A stretch of 64,000 nt of DNA from an uncultured Actinomycetes bacterium (GCA_963821415.1 CAWGEE010000007.1:725-64724); one strand, 5' to 3'; counted from the stretch's first letter, positions 50,133 to 60,478 are shown. A program made the numbers and translations. The notes: a model not told the origin generated them from the sequence alone.

Positions 50133-51487
50133 GCCTCGGCCAGTGTCTCGCCGAGCACCTCCACCATGCGATCGAACTCGGGCTGGCGCGCGACGAGCGG
50201 AGGCGAGATCTGGATCACGGGATCTCCGCGGTCGTCCGCGCGGCAGATCAGCCCTCGCTCGAACATGCGGCTCGACAGGAAGTCGCGCAACAGCCACTCG
50301 CACTCGTCGGACGAGAACGTCTCGCGCGTCTCCTTGTCTTTGACCAGCTCTATCGCGTAGAAGAAGCCCGTTCCTCGCACATCGCCGACGATCGGCAGGT
50401 CCAGCAGCTGCTCCAGCGTCGAGCGGAACGCGCCCTCGTACTCGAGCACGCCCTCCATGATCCGCTCCCGCTTCATGATCTCGATGTTCTTGAGCGCGAT
50501 CGCGCACATCACCGGGTGGCCGCCGAACGTGATGCCGTGGGAGAACATCGACGTGTCCGAGAGGAACGGCTCCATCACGCCGTCGGTGGCGACGACGGCG
50601 CCGATCGCCGCGTAGGAGGATGAGAGGCCCTTTGCGCAGCAGACGATGTCCGGCCGGATGTCGTACCGCTCGGAGGCAAACCAGTGGCCGACGCGACCGA
50701 AGCCGGTGATCACCTCGTCGGCGGAGAGCAGGATGTCGTACTCCGTGCACAGGTCCCGCACGCCCTGCCAGTAGCCCGCGGGCGCCACGAACGCGCCGCC
50801 GGCGTTCTGCACGGGCTCCATGTGCACGAGGCACACCGTGTCCGCGCCCATGGCCTGGATCGTCCGATCCAGCTCGTCGAGCAGGAAGGCGGTGAACTCC
50901 TCCTCGGTCTCCCCCGCCGGACGGTGGTAGCGGTTCGTGTTGGACACGTGCCGCACCTCGGGCACGAGCGGCTCGAACGGCGTGCGGATGGCGGGGATGC
51001 CGTTGATCGAGAGCGCGCCGAACGTCGTCCCGTGGTACGCGACGCGCCGGGCGATCGCCTTGTAGCGGCGCGGGTAGGTGAGGCCTCGCGCCAGGTAGTA
51101 CTGGCGGGCGAGCTTCCAGGCCGACTCGACGGCTTCCGACCCGCCGGAGACGAAGAACACGCGGTTGAGATCGCCGGGCGCGAGGGAAGCGACCTCCTCT
51201 GCCAGCTCGATCGCGCGGGGGTGCGAGTACGACCAGTTCGTGTAGAACGGCAGCTCCCGCATCTGCTCGAGCGCCGCCTGGCCGATCTCCTCGCCGAACG
51301 AGTAGCCGAGGTTGACGGAGAACAGACCGGCCAGCGCATCGAGGTAGCGCGTGCCGTGAACGTCCTCGAGATAGCAGCCGTCGCCGCGGACGATGATGGG
51401 CACGTCGGCCTCGCGGTAGCCGCCCATGCGCGTGAAGTGCAGCCACAGGTGGTCTCGCGCAGACTGCTGAAGATCGGCGACGGTCAC
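50108..51487 (-). CDS. class III (omega) aminotransferase, putrescine/beta-alanine-pyruvate type
   Basis: Part of ORF 50108..51622(-). Motifs include FFVSGGSEAVESAWKLAR, DEVITGFGRVGHWF and CCAKGLSSSYAAIGA (PLP Lys). GTG 51487 overlaps the permease stop (GTGA). Confidence 0.85.
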   Translation of the reverse strand: MTVADLQQSARDHLWLHFTRMGGYREADVPIIVRGDGCYLEDVHGTRYLDALAGLFSVNLGYSFGEEIGQAALEQMRELPFYTNWSYSHPRAIELAEEVASLAPGDLNRVFFVSGGSEAVESAWKLARQYYLARGLTYPRRYKAIARRVAYHGTTFGALSINGIPAIRTPFEPLVPEVRHVSNTNRYHRPAGETEEEFTAFLLDELDRTIQAMGADTVCLVHMEPVQNAGGAFVAPAGYWQGVRDLCTEYDILLSADEVITGFGRVGHWFASERYDIRPDIVCCAKGLSSSYAAIGAVVATDGVMEPFLSDTSMFSHGITFGGHPVMCAIALKNIEIMKRERIMEGVLEYEGAFRSTLEQLLDLPIVGDVRGTGFFYAIELVKDKETRETFSSDECEWLLRDFLSSRMFERGLICRADDRGDPVIQISPPLVARQPEFDRMVEVLGETLAEAWEELKKR

Positions 51488-52302
51488 ACGGCTCCTCTCG
51501 TTCGTCTCGCCTGACGGTACTGCCAGAAGACATTGCCAAGTCCGAAGGCGATCGCGACGAGGAAGATCGCGCTGGCAACGACGTTGACCTGCGGCGGCAC
51601 GGTGACCCGCGAGACGCCCCACACGAAGACGGGGAACGTCTGCTCAGGCCCGGCCGCGAAGTACGTGATCACGAAGTCGTCGATCGAGAGCGCAAAGCCC
51701 AGCAGTGCCGCTGCGAGCATCGCCGGCGCGATCAGCGGCAAGGTCACCTTGCGAAACGTCGTGAGCTCGTTGGCGCCGAGGTCCATCGCCGCCTCTTCCA
51801 GGTGACGGTCGAACCCGATCAAGCGCGCCTTCACCGTGACGACGATGAAGCTGACGATGAACATCACATGGGCGATGAAGATCGTCCAGAAGCCGAGCTG
51901 GAAGACAGCGGTCGTGTTGAGGAACAGCGTGAGCAGCGAGGCCCCGAGCACGATTTCAGGCGTCGCCATGGGCAGGAAGACGAGGACGTTCGTCGTCCCG
52001 CGGCCGGCGAAGCGATGCCGCACGATGGCGAGCGCGATCAGTGTGCCCAGCACCGTGGCCACGAGCGTCGCCAGCAAGCCGACCTCCAGCGAAAGGATCA
52101 CCGCGTCCCGGATGCCGAGCACGGCGTCCCACTCCAGCCAGTTGTCGAATGTGAACCCTTCCCAGACGTAGTTGAAGCGCCCCGCTGGATCGTTGAACGA
52201 GAAGAGGATGACAACGGCGATCGGGAGCATCAGATAGCCGACGGCGAGGAGCGCGTACGCCGTCAGCGCATGCCGCTTCACGAAGCCCCAGGCGGCGCTC
52301 AT
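51484..52302 (-). CDS. polyamine-type ABC transporter permease (PotC-like)
   Basis: Distal part of ORF 51484..53004(-), from MSAAWGFVKRHALTAYALL. The EAA loop is LEEAAMDLGANELTTFRKVTLP. An ATGA overlap joins it to the upstream permease. Confidence 0.85.
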   Translation of the reverse strand: MSAAWGFVKRHALTAYALLAVGYLMLPIAVVILFSFNDPAGRFNYVWEGFTFDNWLEWDAVLGIRDAVILSLEVGLLATLVATVLGTLIALAIVRHRFAGRGTTNVLVFLPMATPEIVLGASLLTLFLNTTAVFQLGFWTIFIAHVMFIVSFIVVTVKARLIGFDRHLEEAAMDLGANELTTFRKVTLPLIAPAMLAAALLGFALSIDDFVITYFAAGPEQTFPVFVWGVSRVTVPPQVNVVASAIFLVAIAFGLGNVFWQYRQARRTRGAV

Positions 52303-53156
52303 CCTGTGAGCTTCTCCGACCCCACTGCGCGCGCGTACACGAGGAGCCCGACGAGGATCATCGCCATGAGGATGAAGGACAGCGAGGCCGCCGTCGGATA
52401 GTCGAGCGACTGCAGGAACTTCGCCTGGATGACGTTGCCGATCATCTGCTGCTTGGGAGTGCCGAGCAACGCGGCGTTGATGAAGTCGCCAGCGGCAGGG
52501 ATGAACGTGAGCAGCGTGCCCGCGACGATCCCCGGCGCCGAGAGTGGCAGCGTGACGCGGAGGAACGCCTGCGTCGACGACGAGTAGAGGTCTTTCGCGG
52601 CCTCGAGCATGCGTGGGTCGATCTGCTCGAGGGACACGTAGAGCGGTAGGGCCATGAAGGGGAAGAAGTTGTAGGTGATGCCCGCGACGACGGCGAACGT
52701 CGTCGCCAGCAGGCGCCCGTCTTCGTCCAGCAGGTGGATTCCCTGCAAGAAGCCGACGACCGGCCCTTCGTCGGCCAGGATGTTCAGCCAGGCGAGCGTG
52801 CGGATCAGGTACGTGACGAAGAACGGCGCCACGATGAAGAGCAGGAAGAGGTTCCGCCACGGCCCGGCGCGGAACGCGATCCAGTAGGCGAGCGGATACG
52901 CGAGCAGCAGGCAGGCGACCGTCGCGAGGCCGGCGTAGAAGAACGAGCGCAGCAGGTGCTCGTGATAGTCCGAGATCGCATCCGAGAAGTTGGAGAACTC
53001 CCACGTGAACTCGAAGTTCGGGAAAGTCCCCGATTGCAGCGACTGGTAGCCGAGATAGCCGAGCGGGATCAGGAAGAAGATCGCCAGCCAGGCCACCCCA
53101 GGCAGGAGCAGCAGGTACGGAGTCGCGCCCCGGTGGCGGTGGAAGAACTGCCCCAT
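52299..53156 (-). CDS. polyamine-type ABC transporter permease (PotB-like)
   Basis: ORF 52299..53156(-) has six TM helices and the EAA loop MLEAAKDLYSSSTQAFLRVTLP. Confidence 0.85.
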   Translation of the reverse strand: MGQFFHRHRGATPYLLLLPGVAWLAIFFLIPLGYLGYQSLQSGTFPNFEFTWEFSNFSDAISDYHEHLLRSFFYAGLATVACLLLAYPLAYWIAFRAGPWRNLFLLFIVAPFFVTYLIRTLAWLNILADEGPVVGFLQGIHLLDEDGRLLATTFAVVAGITYNFFPFMALPLYVSLEQIDPRMLEAAKDLYSSSTQAFLRVTLPLSAPGIVAGTLLTFIPAAGDFINAALLGTPKQQMIGNVIQAKFLQSLDYPTAASLSFILMAMILVGLLVYARAVGSEKLTG

Positions 53157-53160
53157 GCCG

Positions 53161-54297
53161 CTACTGGCCCTGGACCTCTTGCCACCTCGTGATGTAGTCG
53201 TCGTTGTTCAGCATCGCCGGGTCGTTCTGCTGCACCTGGGCGAGCGTCTCGTCGTCCGGGAAGATGAGCGGGTTGTTCGCCGAATCGGGGTCGAGCTTGA
53301 CGGCCTCTTCCTTGACCCCCTTCACCGCGACCATGTAGCTCGTGCCCACGGCAATCTGGGCGGCGATCTTCGGGTCGTAGACGAAGTTCATGTACGTCGA
53401 CGCGGTGGGCACGCTGCCGCCCGTGGGAATCAACATGTTGTCCGTCCAGATGATCCCGCCTTTGTCCGGAAGCGCCCACTTGAGCTTCGGGATGCCCGCC
53501 GACGCGATGTCACCCCCCCACGCCACACAGGCCGCGATGTCCCCCTGGGTCAGCGGCTGGACGTAGTCGTTGCCCGTGAAGCGTCGGATCTGGCCGGAGT
53601 CGACGGCCGCCTGGATGCGCGCGAGCGCGCGGTCGAACGCCTCGTCGGTGACCGCGGCAGGGTCGTCTCCGTTGTCCAGGAGCACGAGACCGATCGTGTC
53701 CGACATCTCGCTCAGCACCGTCACCTTGCCTTTGAGCTTCGGATCCTCGAGCAGCTGCGTCATCGAGGTCACAGGGCCGGTCACGTCTTCGTTCCACGCG
53801 ATGCCGTCCATCCCCGAGAGCCATGGCAGCGAGTACGTTCGGTCTGGATCGAACGGAGGCGATGCCTGCGCCTCGATGAGGTTCTCGAAGTTCGGGATCA
53901 ACTCCTTGTCCAGGGGCTGCACCCAGCCCTGCTCCACGTAGAGGGCGGGGAAGCGCGAGTTGTCGGTTGCGACGATGAGGTCGCGGTCGATCCCCTGGCC
54001 CTGCGAGAGCCGGCCCTGGATCTTGGCGAAGTACTCGTCGTTCGAGTTGACGTCTTCGAAGTAGTTGACGTTGATGCCCGTCTCGGCCGTGAACTGGTCG
54101 AGCGTGGGGTGCTTCTTGCCCTCGACATCCATGTAGTACGGCCAGTTGGAGAAGTTGAGGACGTCCTTCAGCTCGCCTCCGTCGGCGCTCCCGCCGCCAC
54201 CTCCGCCGCACGCTGCGAGCAGACCGGGAAGCGACAGGACCGTCACACCGGCCGCGCCGCGCTGCAACAACGCCTTCCTCGTGATCTCGGTGCTCAT
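53161..54297 (-). CDS. polyamine-type ABC transporter substrate-binding lipoprotein (PotD/PotF-like)
   Basis: ORF 53161..54297(-) has a Tat/lipobox-like leader (RKALLQRGAAGVTVLSLPGLLAACGG), followed by the PotD-like pattern NFSNWPYYMD... Confidence 0.85.
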   Translation of the reverse strand: MSTEITRKALLQRGAAGVTVLSLPGLLAACGGGGGGSADGGELKDVLNFSNWPYYMDVEGKKHPTLDQFTAETGINVNYFEDVNSNDEYFAKIQGRLSQGQGIDRDLIVATDNSRFPALYVEQGWVQPLDKELIPNFENLIEAQASPPFDPDRTYSLPWLSGMDGIAWNEDVTGPVTSMTQLLEDPKLKGKVTVLSEMSDTIGLVLLDNGDDPAAVTDEAFDRALARIQAAVDSGQIRRFTGNDYVQPLTQGDIAACVAWGGDIASAGIPKLKWALPDKGGIIWTDNMLIPTGGSVPTASTYMNFVYDPKIAAQIAVGTSYMVAVKGVKEEAVKLDPDSANNPLIFPDDETLAQVQQNDPAMLNNDDYITRWQEVQGQ

Positions 54298-55373
54298 GCT
54301 GCCTCCTTCTCCTCTTCGATGGGAACGGACTCGACGACGAACGTCGACTCGGGGCTCCAGCTGAGCGTGACCGGCGATCCGGGGGCGGGCGCGCGCGAGC
54401 CGGAGTCGATGTTCTGGGCGAAGACCTGCACGGTGCCCGCGGGCGTGTCGACCACGAGCTGCGTGGCGACGCCGATGTATGCGGTCTCGGCGACGGTGCC
54501 CGTGAGGCGGTTTGGCCCTCCCCCCTCGCCCAGGGCGATCTTCTCCGGGCGCACTCCGGCGGAGACGGCGCCCGTCCGGCCGTCGGTATCGGCGCGCACG
54601 ACGGTGCCGTCGGCGAGGCGCACCGTGCCGGCGCCTTCCACGACGCCCGCGAGGAGGTTGGAGGCGCCGAGGAAGCCGGCAACGAAGGCCGTCTGTGGCC
54701 GCTCGTACAGCTCCTCAGGTGCCCCGAGCTGCTCGATCCGGCCGCGGTTCATGACCGCGATCGTGTCCGCCATCGTCATGGCCTCCTCCTGGTCGTGCGT
54801 GACGTGGACGAACGTGATGCCGAGCTCGTGTTGGATCCGCTTGAGGAAGAGCTGCATCTGCTTGCGGAGCTTGAGGTCGAGCGCGCCCAGCGGCTCATCG
54901 AGGAGCAGCACACGCGGCCGGCACACGAGCGCCCTGGCGAGCGCCACCCGCTGCTGCTGCCCGCCCGACAGCTGACGAGTCTTGCGGTGTCCGACGCCGG
55001 TCAGGTCTACAAGCCGCAGGATGTCGTCGACGCGGCCCTTGATCTGGTTCTTCGGCACGCGCTGTCGCTCGAGGCCAAACGCGACGTTGTCCGAGATGGA
55101 CAGGTGCGGGAAGAGCGCGTACGACTGGAAAACCGTGTTGACGTCGCGCTTGTACGGTGGCAGGCCGACGACGTCGCGGTCGCCGAGGAAGATCCGGCCC
55201 TCGTTGGGCTCCTCGAAGCCGCCGATCATGCGCAGCGTCGTCGTCTTGCCGCAGCCCGAGGGGCCGAGCAACGCGAAGAACCGTCCGTGCTCCACCTCCA
55301 GCGAGAGGGCGTCGACGGCGACGACGTCGTCGAATTGCTTGGTGACGCCTTCCAGGCGGACGTCAGCGGTCAC
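54294..55373 (-). CDS. polyamine-type ABC transporter ATP-binding protein (PotA-like)
   Basis: Part of ORF 54294..55562(-). The start is GTG 55373 (VTADVRLEGVTKQF), overlapping the regulator stop (GTGA). It has Walker [24 protein letters not shown] and a TOBE-like C-terminus. Confidence 0.9.
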   Translation of the reverse strand: MTADVRLEGVTKQFDDVVAVDALSLEVEHGRFFALLGPSGCGKTTTLRMIGGFEEPNEGRIFLGDRDVVGLPPYKRDVNTVFQSYALFPHLSISDNVAFGLERQRVPKNQIKGRVDDILRLVDLTGVGHRKTRQLSGGQQQRVALARALVCRPRVLLLDEPLGALDLKLRKQMQLFLKRIQHELGITFVHVTHDQEEAMTMADTIAVMNRGRIEQLGAPEELYERPQTAFVAGFLGASNLLAGVVEGAGTVRLADGTVVRADTDGRTGAVSAGVRPEKIALGEGGGPNRLTGTVAETAYIGVATQLVVDTPAGTVQVFAQNIDSGSRAPAPGSPVTLSWSPESTFVVESVPIEEEKEAA

Positions 55374-55882
55374 GAGCTCGTGCCCCAGTCGTAGACCTGC
55401 TTGCAGAGCTCGAGGTAGAGGAAGCTCTCGGTGGAGGTGACCCCGTCGAGGCTGCGGATGCGGCTCGTCAGCTCCAGCAGGTGGCGACGGTCGGTGCAGA
55501 CGAGCTCGACGAGCACGTCGTACTGGCCGGCCGTGATGACGACATAGCCCGCCTCGTCCCAACGGGCGATCTCCTCCGCCACGGGCTCGGGAGGCCCGGC
55601 AGTACGCACTGCGACCATCGCCTGTGAGTCGAAGCCGAGCCCCAGTGGGTTGGTGACTCCGGTGACCTGGAGGATGGCGTCGTCCACGAGGCGCGTGTAG
55701 CGCGCGCGCACGGTTGCTTCGGAGACGCCGAGCCCGGCGGCGATGCGACGAAAAGGCTCGCGGCCGTTGCGCTGCAGCGCCACGATGATCGCGCGGTCGA
55801 CCTCGTCCAGCTCGCGCGGCCGCGAGACGGGTCCTCGCGCGGGCTGCGCTTTGCCGATCGAGAAGGCCGCATCTCCTCGCAA
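55370..55882 (-). CDS. Lrp/AsnC-family transcriptional regulator
   Basis: ORF 55370..55882(-), with a TTG start. It has the HTH (LDEVDRAIIVALQRNGREPFRRIAAGLGVSEATVRARYTRL) and a RAM/ACT-like C-terminal domain. Confidence 0.85.
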   Translation of the reverse strand: MRGDAAFSIGKAQPARGPVSRPRELDEVDRAIIVALQRNGREPFRRIAAGLGVSEATVRARYTRLVDDAILQVTGVTNPLGLGFDSQAMVAVRTAGPPEPVAEEIARWDEAGYVVITAGQYDVLVELVCTDRRHLLELTSRIRSLDGVTSTESFLYLELCKQVYDWGTSS

Positions 55883-55912
55883 TGCGAGGTGCTACCTATC
55901 AGGTTCTGCGGA

Positions 55913-56104
55913 TTAGTTCAACTGACATCGGGCACCGGCACGACGAGCACCGGGATCGTCGAAGCGGTGGACGAGCTTGGGCTCGACCGCGTACACGACC
56001 ACGAGCGTGTCCCCGAGCCCAGCGGCGAGCTCGACGGCCCTGTCGACTGCGACGTCCGAGCAGTGGGAGCCGTCGACGCCAACGACGATCGTGCCCCTGG
56101 TCAT
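55913..56104 (-). pseudogene. universal stress protein remnant (internal deletion)
   Basis: ORF 55913..56104(-) reads MTRGTIVVGVDGSHCSDVAVDRAVELAAGLGDTLVVVYAVEP..., a USP N-terminus. The typical USP C-terminal end IPVLVVPVPDVS follows only ~50 codons in, and in a shifted frame. About 80 central codons of a normal USP are missing. Confidence 0.5.
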
Positions 56105-56110
56105 GCGTCC

Positions 56111-57556
56111 CTACGCGAGTTTCACGGCGACATGCTTGATGCGGGTGTACTCCTCCATGGAGTAGATGGACATGTCCTTGCCGTAGCCCGACTCCTTGAA
56201 GCCGCCGTGCGGCATCTCCGAGGTGAGCGGGAACAGGTGCTCGTTGACCCAGACGGTGCCGAAGTCGAGCTTTGCCGCCACCTTCAACGCCCGCCCCACG
56301 TTCTCGGAGAAGACCGAGGCAGCGAGGCCGTAACGGACGCCGTTGGCCATCGCGATCGCCTCGTCATCCGAGGAGAAGCGCTGCATCGTGACCACGGGGC
56401 CGAAGACCTCCTTCTGCACGATCTCCGAATGCTGCTCCACGTCGGTGACCACGGTGGGCTGCACGAAGAAGCCGCGATCGCCGACGGTGCCGCCGCCGGT
56501 GACGACGGTCGCCTTCGCATCGACGGCGCGCTCGAGGAACCCGAGCACGCGCTCGCGCTGCTCGGCGGAGATGAGTGGGCCCATGTCGACGTCCTCACCC
56601 TCGGCCGGGTCGGCCACCTTCATCGCCTCGACGGCCTTCACGGACTCGGCGAGCACGTCGTCGTACACGCCCTCGTGGACGATGATCCGCGAGGAAGCGG
56701 TGCAGTCCTGGCCGGTGTTCCAGTAGCCGCCGATCTTGACCGCCTCGGCGACGGTGGCGGGATCCGCGTCGTCGAGCACGACCATCGGCGCCTTGCCGCC
56801 CAGCTCGAGGTGGACGCGCTTGAGGTTGTCGGCGGCGTTGCGGGCGATCGTCTTCCCCGTCTCGACGTCGCCGGTCAGGGAAACGAGCCGGACCTCGGGG
56901 TGCCGGACGAGCATGTCGCCGACGGGCACGCCCTCGCCGGTGACCACCTGGACGACTCCCGGCGGCACGACCTCCTGCGCGAGCTCGAAGAAGCGGAGCG
57001 TCGTCAGCGGCGTCTGCTCGGCGGGCTTGAGGATCTGGACGTTGCCGGCAGCGAGCGCCGGGCCGAGCTTCCAGACCATCATCATCAGCGGGTAGTTCCA
57101 GGGCGTGATGCCGGCGACGATGCCGAGCGGCTCGCGGCGGACGATCGACGTGTAGCCCTCGACGTACTCCGCCGCCGACTTGCCCTCGAGGTTGCGGGCC
57201 GCACCGGCGAAGAAGCGAAGGTTGTCGACGGAGAACGGGATCTCGTCACGCGCGATGGCGGCGGGCTTGCCGACGTTCAGAGACTCGAGCTGCCACAGCT
57301 CCTCGGCGTTCTCCTCCATGACGTCGGCGAGTGCGAGCAGGAGCTCCATGCGATCCTTCGGCGTCTTCGATTGCCACTCGTCCCAGGCGTCGCCCGCGGC
57401 GTCGATCGCCCGCTCGGCGTCTTCCGCCGAGCAGCGCGGCACCTCGGCGATGACCTCGCCCGTCGAGGGGTTCAGCACCTCCATCGTCTGGCCGTCCGCG
57501 GCGTCCACCCAATTGCCGCCGATCAGGTTCTTGTGCTTCGCCACCGTCACAGCCAT
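56111..57556 (-). CDS. NAD-dependent aldehyde dehydrogenase (aminobutyraldehyde dehydrogenase-like)
   Basis: Distal part of ORF 56111..58312(-), from MAVTVAKHKNLIGGNWVDA. Motifs are VHLELGGKAP and GQDCTASSR (catalytic Glu and Cys). A GAGGAGG SD sits 7 nt upstream of ATG 57556. Confidence 0.9.
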   Translation of the reverse strand: MAVTVAKHKNLIGGNWVDAADGQTMEVLNPSTGEVIAEVPRCSAEDAERAIDAAGDAWDEWQSKTPKDRMELLLALADVMEENAEELWQLESLNVGKPAAIARDEIPFSVDNLRFFAGAARNLEGKSAAEYVEGYTSIVRREPLGIVAGITPWNYPLMMMVWKLGPALAAGNVQILKPAEQTPLTTLRFFELAQEVVPPGVVQVVTGEGVPVGDMLVRHPEVRLVSLTGDVETGKTIARNAADNLKRVHLELGGKAPMVVLDDADPATVAEAVKIGGYWNTGQDCTASSRIIVHEGVYDDVLAESVKAVEAMKVADPAEGEDVDMGPLISAEQRERVLGFLERAVDAKATVVTGGGTVGDRGFFVQPTVVTDVEQHSEIVQKEVFGPVVTMQRFSSDDEAIAMANGVRYGLAASVFSENVGRALKVAAKLDFGTVWVNEHLFPLTSEMPHGGFKESGYGKDMSIYSMEEYTRIKHVAVKLA

Positions 57557-57594
57557 CTCACGACCTCCTCGCCGTTGCGCGTCTCCGCGCATTA

Positions 57595-58734
57595 TCAACC
57601 GACGACGTTCGCCCAGGCCTCCTGCCACCGCTTGTAGGGCACGCAGTCCGTGCGACCGGCGCGGCCGCAGCGCGCGACGGGCGTCTTCCAGAACACGAGG
57701 CGCTTGAGCAGCGCTGCCGGCGCCGCGCCGTAGTACGCCGCGCAGGATCCTTCCTCCGTCGCGTTCATGATCGGACACGCGCCGGGGTTCACGGGCGACT
57801 CGCGGAGCAGGAGAGACTGGGCGGACTGGACGTCGGCCGTGAGCACGTGGCGCATCCAGAGATACGCGCAGTTGGGATGCTTCGCCTGCTTCGCGAGCAG
57901 CCAGCTGTCGGCCCAGGCGGTCGCACCCTCCCTGGGCACGCGCCTGCCGACCGGCACATCCTGCGCGGTTAGCACCTGGCGTTGGTACGGCCAGCTCGCG
58001 CCGACGACGGCCGCCGCGGTGCGGAAGTCGAGGATCTGCTCGCTGGCGAACTGCCAGTAGCGCGTCACGAGCTGCCGCTGGCGGCGCAGGAGGGCGACGG
58101 CGGCGTCGAACTGGCGCGGCGTGAGCTCGTAGACGTCCCTGATGTTGAGCCGCGGCTCGCGCGCCTTCAGATAGACGGCGGCGTCTGCGATCTGCATCGG
58201 GTTGTCGGGAACGGAGATCTTGTTGCGGAAGCGGTCGTCGTACACCGCGCGCCAGGACACGGGGCTCGGCTTCGCCGAGTCGGAGCGGTACAGAAGCTCG
58301 TTCGGCGTCCACATGATCGTCACGCCGTAGTGCACGCCCTTCACCGTGTTGTACGCAGGCGACCGGAACGCCGGGGCCATCTGTCTCCAGCCCGGGATCA
58401 GCTTCACGTTGACGGGCTGGACGTAGCGGCGGCGGATCAGCTCTCCGCTCACGTCGCCGGAGGCCGAGACGAGGTCGTAGGGACCGCGCCGCATCAGCTC
58501 GACGATGTCGGCCGAGGACTTCACCTCTCGCTTCGTGATCTTGCAGCCCGTCTCACGCTCGTAGTCACCGGCGAAGGAGGGATGCGAGTAGCCCGGCCAC
58601 TGCAGCAGCACCAGCGAGCCCTCGCCCTTGCCGATCTTCTGCGGCAGCTTGGCCTCGCCCGAGCCGACGCTGGACACGGGAACGACGAGGGCGACGACTG
58701 CGAGCATGCCTGCAAACGCGAGTACGGCACGCAC
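57595..58734 (-). CDS. extra polyamine-type substrate-binding protein with Cys-rich C-terminal extension
   Basis: Distal part of ORF 57595..59421(-). The GTG 58734 leader is VRAVLAFAGMLAVVALVVPVSS. The fold is PotD-like, and the tail is ...NPGACPIMNATEEGSCAAYYG...WKTPVARCGRAGRTDCVPYKRWQEAW. Confidence 0.75.
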   Translation of the reverse strand: MRAVLAFAGMLAVVALVVPVSSVGSGEAKLPQKIGKGEGSLVLLQWPGYSHPSFAGDYERETGCKITKREVKSSADIVELMRRGPYDLVSASGDVSGELIRRRYVQPVNVKLIPGWRQMAPAFRSPAYNTVKGVHYGVTIMWTPNELLYRSDSAKPSPVSWRAVYDDRFRNKISVPDNPMQIADAAVYLKAREPRLNIRDVYELTPRQFDAAVALLRRQRQLVTRYWQFASEQILDFRTAAAVVGASWPYQRQVLTAQDVPVGRRVPREGATAWADSWLLAKQAKHPNCAYLWMRHVLTADVQSAQSLLLRESPVNPGACPIMNATEEGSCAAYYGAAPAALLKRLVFWKTPVARCGRAGRTDCVPYKRWQEAWANVVG

Positions 58735-58736
58735 GG

Positions 58737-59543
58737 CTAACCGCGCCCGCCGGCGATGCCGCGGGACTCGTCGGTGAGGCGTGTTGCTATCCACACGGGA
58801 ATGATGGAGACGAGGATGACGAAAAGCGCTACGACGTTCACGATCGGCTGCTCCACGGGCTTGAAGAGGTTGGCAAAGATCCAGATCGGCAGCGTCTGCT
58901 CCGCACCTGAGGTGAAGATGGTCACGACGACCTCGTCCCAGGAAAGGGCGAACGCGAGCAGGCCCCCCGCGAGCAGGGCCGTTCGCATCTGCGGGAACGT
59001 CACGTAGCGGAACGTCTGCCACGAGTCGGCGCCGAGGTCCTTCGACGCCTCCTCGAGATTGCCGTGAAGCCTGCGCAGACGCGCGACGGCGTTGTTGAAG
59101 ACGACGACGATGCAGAACGTCGCGTGCCCGATGATGATCGTCCGCAGGCCGTAGGTCATGTCGATCGTCGTGTAGGTCGTCTGCAGAGCAAGCCCCGTGA
59201 TGATGCCCGGAAGCGCGATGGGGAGGATCACCAGCAGCGTCACCGTGCCACGCCCGAAGAACGAGAAGCGCGCCATCGCCAGCGAAAGGAGGGTGCCTAG
59301 CACTAGCGCGATGGCGGTGGCCCCGAGCGCCGCCCGCACGGACATCCAGAGCGCGTCCCGTACGTCGGGGTTGTGATACGCGACGCTGAACCACCGCGTC
59401 GTGAACTCCTCGATCGGCCACCCCTGCGTGACGCTCTCGTTGAACGCGTAGACGGCCACGAGGATCAGGGGTATGTAGATGAAGGCCAGCGTCAGGCCGG
59501 CGGCGAGCCGCAGCAGCACTCGCGTCAGGCGAGACTCGGTCAC
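58737..59543 (-). CDS. polyamine-type ABC transporter permease (PotC-like, set 2)
   Basis: Distal part of ORF 58737..60128(-), from GTG 59543 (VTESRLTRVLLRLAAGL), with a GTGA overlap to the upstream permease. The EAA loop is LEEASKDLGADSWQTFRYVTFP. Confidence 0.85.
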   Translation of the reverse strand: MTESRLTRVLLRLAAGLTLAFIYIPLILVAVYAFNESVTQGWPIEEFTTRWFSVAYHNPDVRDALWMSVRAALGATAIALVLGTLLSLAMARFSFFGRGTVTLLVILPIALPGIITGLALQTTYTTIDMTYGLRTIIIGHATFCIVVVFNNAVARLRRLHGNLEEASKDLGADSWQTFRYVTFPQMRTALLAGGLLAFALSWDEVVVTIFTSGAEQTLPIWIFANLFKPVEQPIVNVVALFVILVSIIPVWIATRLTDESRGIAGGRG

Positions 59544-60454
59544 AGCGCCTCGAACGCCTTCAGCCGCCGTGCGGCGATGAGGTAGGCGGTCATGACGACG
59601 ATCGGCACGAAGGTGAACGCGGCGGCGACCGGAAGGTTCACGCCACGCTCGCCGTAGATGACTGTGCCGATGAACTGCTGGTTCGATATCAGTGACGGCG
59701 CGATGTAGTCGCCGAGCGTCAGTGAGAAGGTAAAGATCGAGCCGGCGACGACGGCTGGGAAGACAAGCGGCAGCGTCACCTTGAAGAACGTCCGCCCCGC
59801 CCGTGCTCCGAGATCGCCGGACGCTTCGAGCAGCGAGCTCGGGATTCGCTCGAGACCGGCGTAGATGGGGAGGATCATGAACGGCAGCCAGAGGTACGTG
59901 AAGACGAGCCACAGGCCGACCGAGGAGTAGCCGTCGAACGAGAGACCAAGCGGCTCCAGCAGCCAGTTGATGACGCCGTTGTCGGACAGGATCGTTCGCC
60001 ATACGTACCCCTTCACGAGGTAGCCCGCCCAGAGCGGCGTGAGCACGGCGACGATGAGGATCGTCCGCGTCCTGCGCGAGGCCACGCGGGCCATGTAGTA
60101 CGCGATCGGGAACGCGAGGACCGCGCATGCGACCGTCACGAGCGCTGCCATCCTGACCGTCCGCCAGGCAACATCCCGGTAGACGTTGCCCTCGACGGTT
60201 AGCCAGTCGCCGAAGACGCGTTCGAAGTTGTCGAGCGTGAACGTGTGGACGATCTCGGCCGTGAAGACGTCCGTGTCCCAGAAGGCGGTCATCAGGAGCA
60301 CGAACAGGGAGCCGAGATAGCCGATCAGCAGCCAGCCGAGCGGCGCCGCCAGGAGCGCGCCCATGGAGGCGCGCGGATGGCGGTGGAAGAACGTCGAGAG
60401 CCGCCGCCCCAGTGAGGCTCGGGGCGACGGCTCTCCGTACTTGACCGAGGTCAC
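59540..60454 (-). CDS. polyamine-type ABC transporter permease (PotB-like, set 2)
   Basis: ORF 59540..60454(-), with the EAA loop LLEASGDLGARAGRTFFKVTLP. Confidence 0.85.
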   Translation of the reverse strand: MTSVKYGEPSPRASLGRRLSTFFHRHPRASMGALLAAPLGWLLIGYLGSLFVLLMTAFWDTDVFTAEIVHTFTLDNFERVFGDWLTVEGNVYRDVAWRTVRMAALVTVACAVLAFPIAYYMARVASRRTRTILIVAVLTPLWAGYLVKGYVWRTILSDNGVINWLLEPLGLSFDGYSSVGLWLVFTYLWLPFMILPIYAGLERIPSSLLEASGDLGARAGRTFFKVTLPLVFPAVVAGSIFTFSLTLGDYIAPSLISNQQFIGTVIYGERGVNLPVAAAFTFVPIVVMTAYLIAARRLKAFEAL

Positions 60455-60478
60455 GAGATCAGCGGTGTTCCTGGGTCG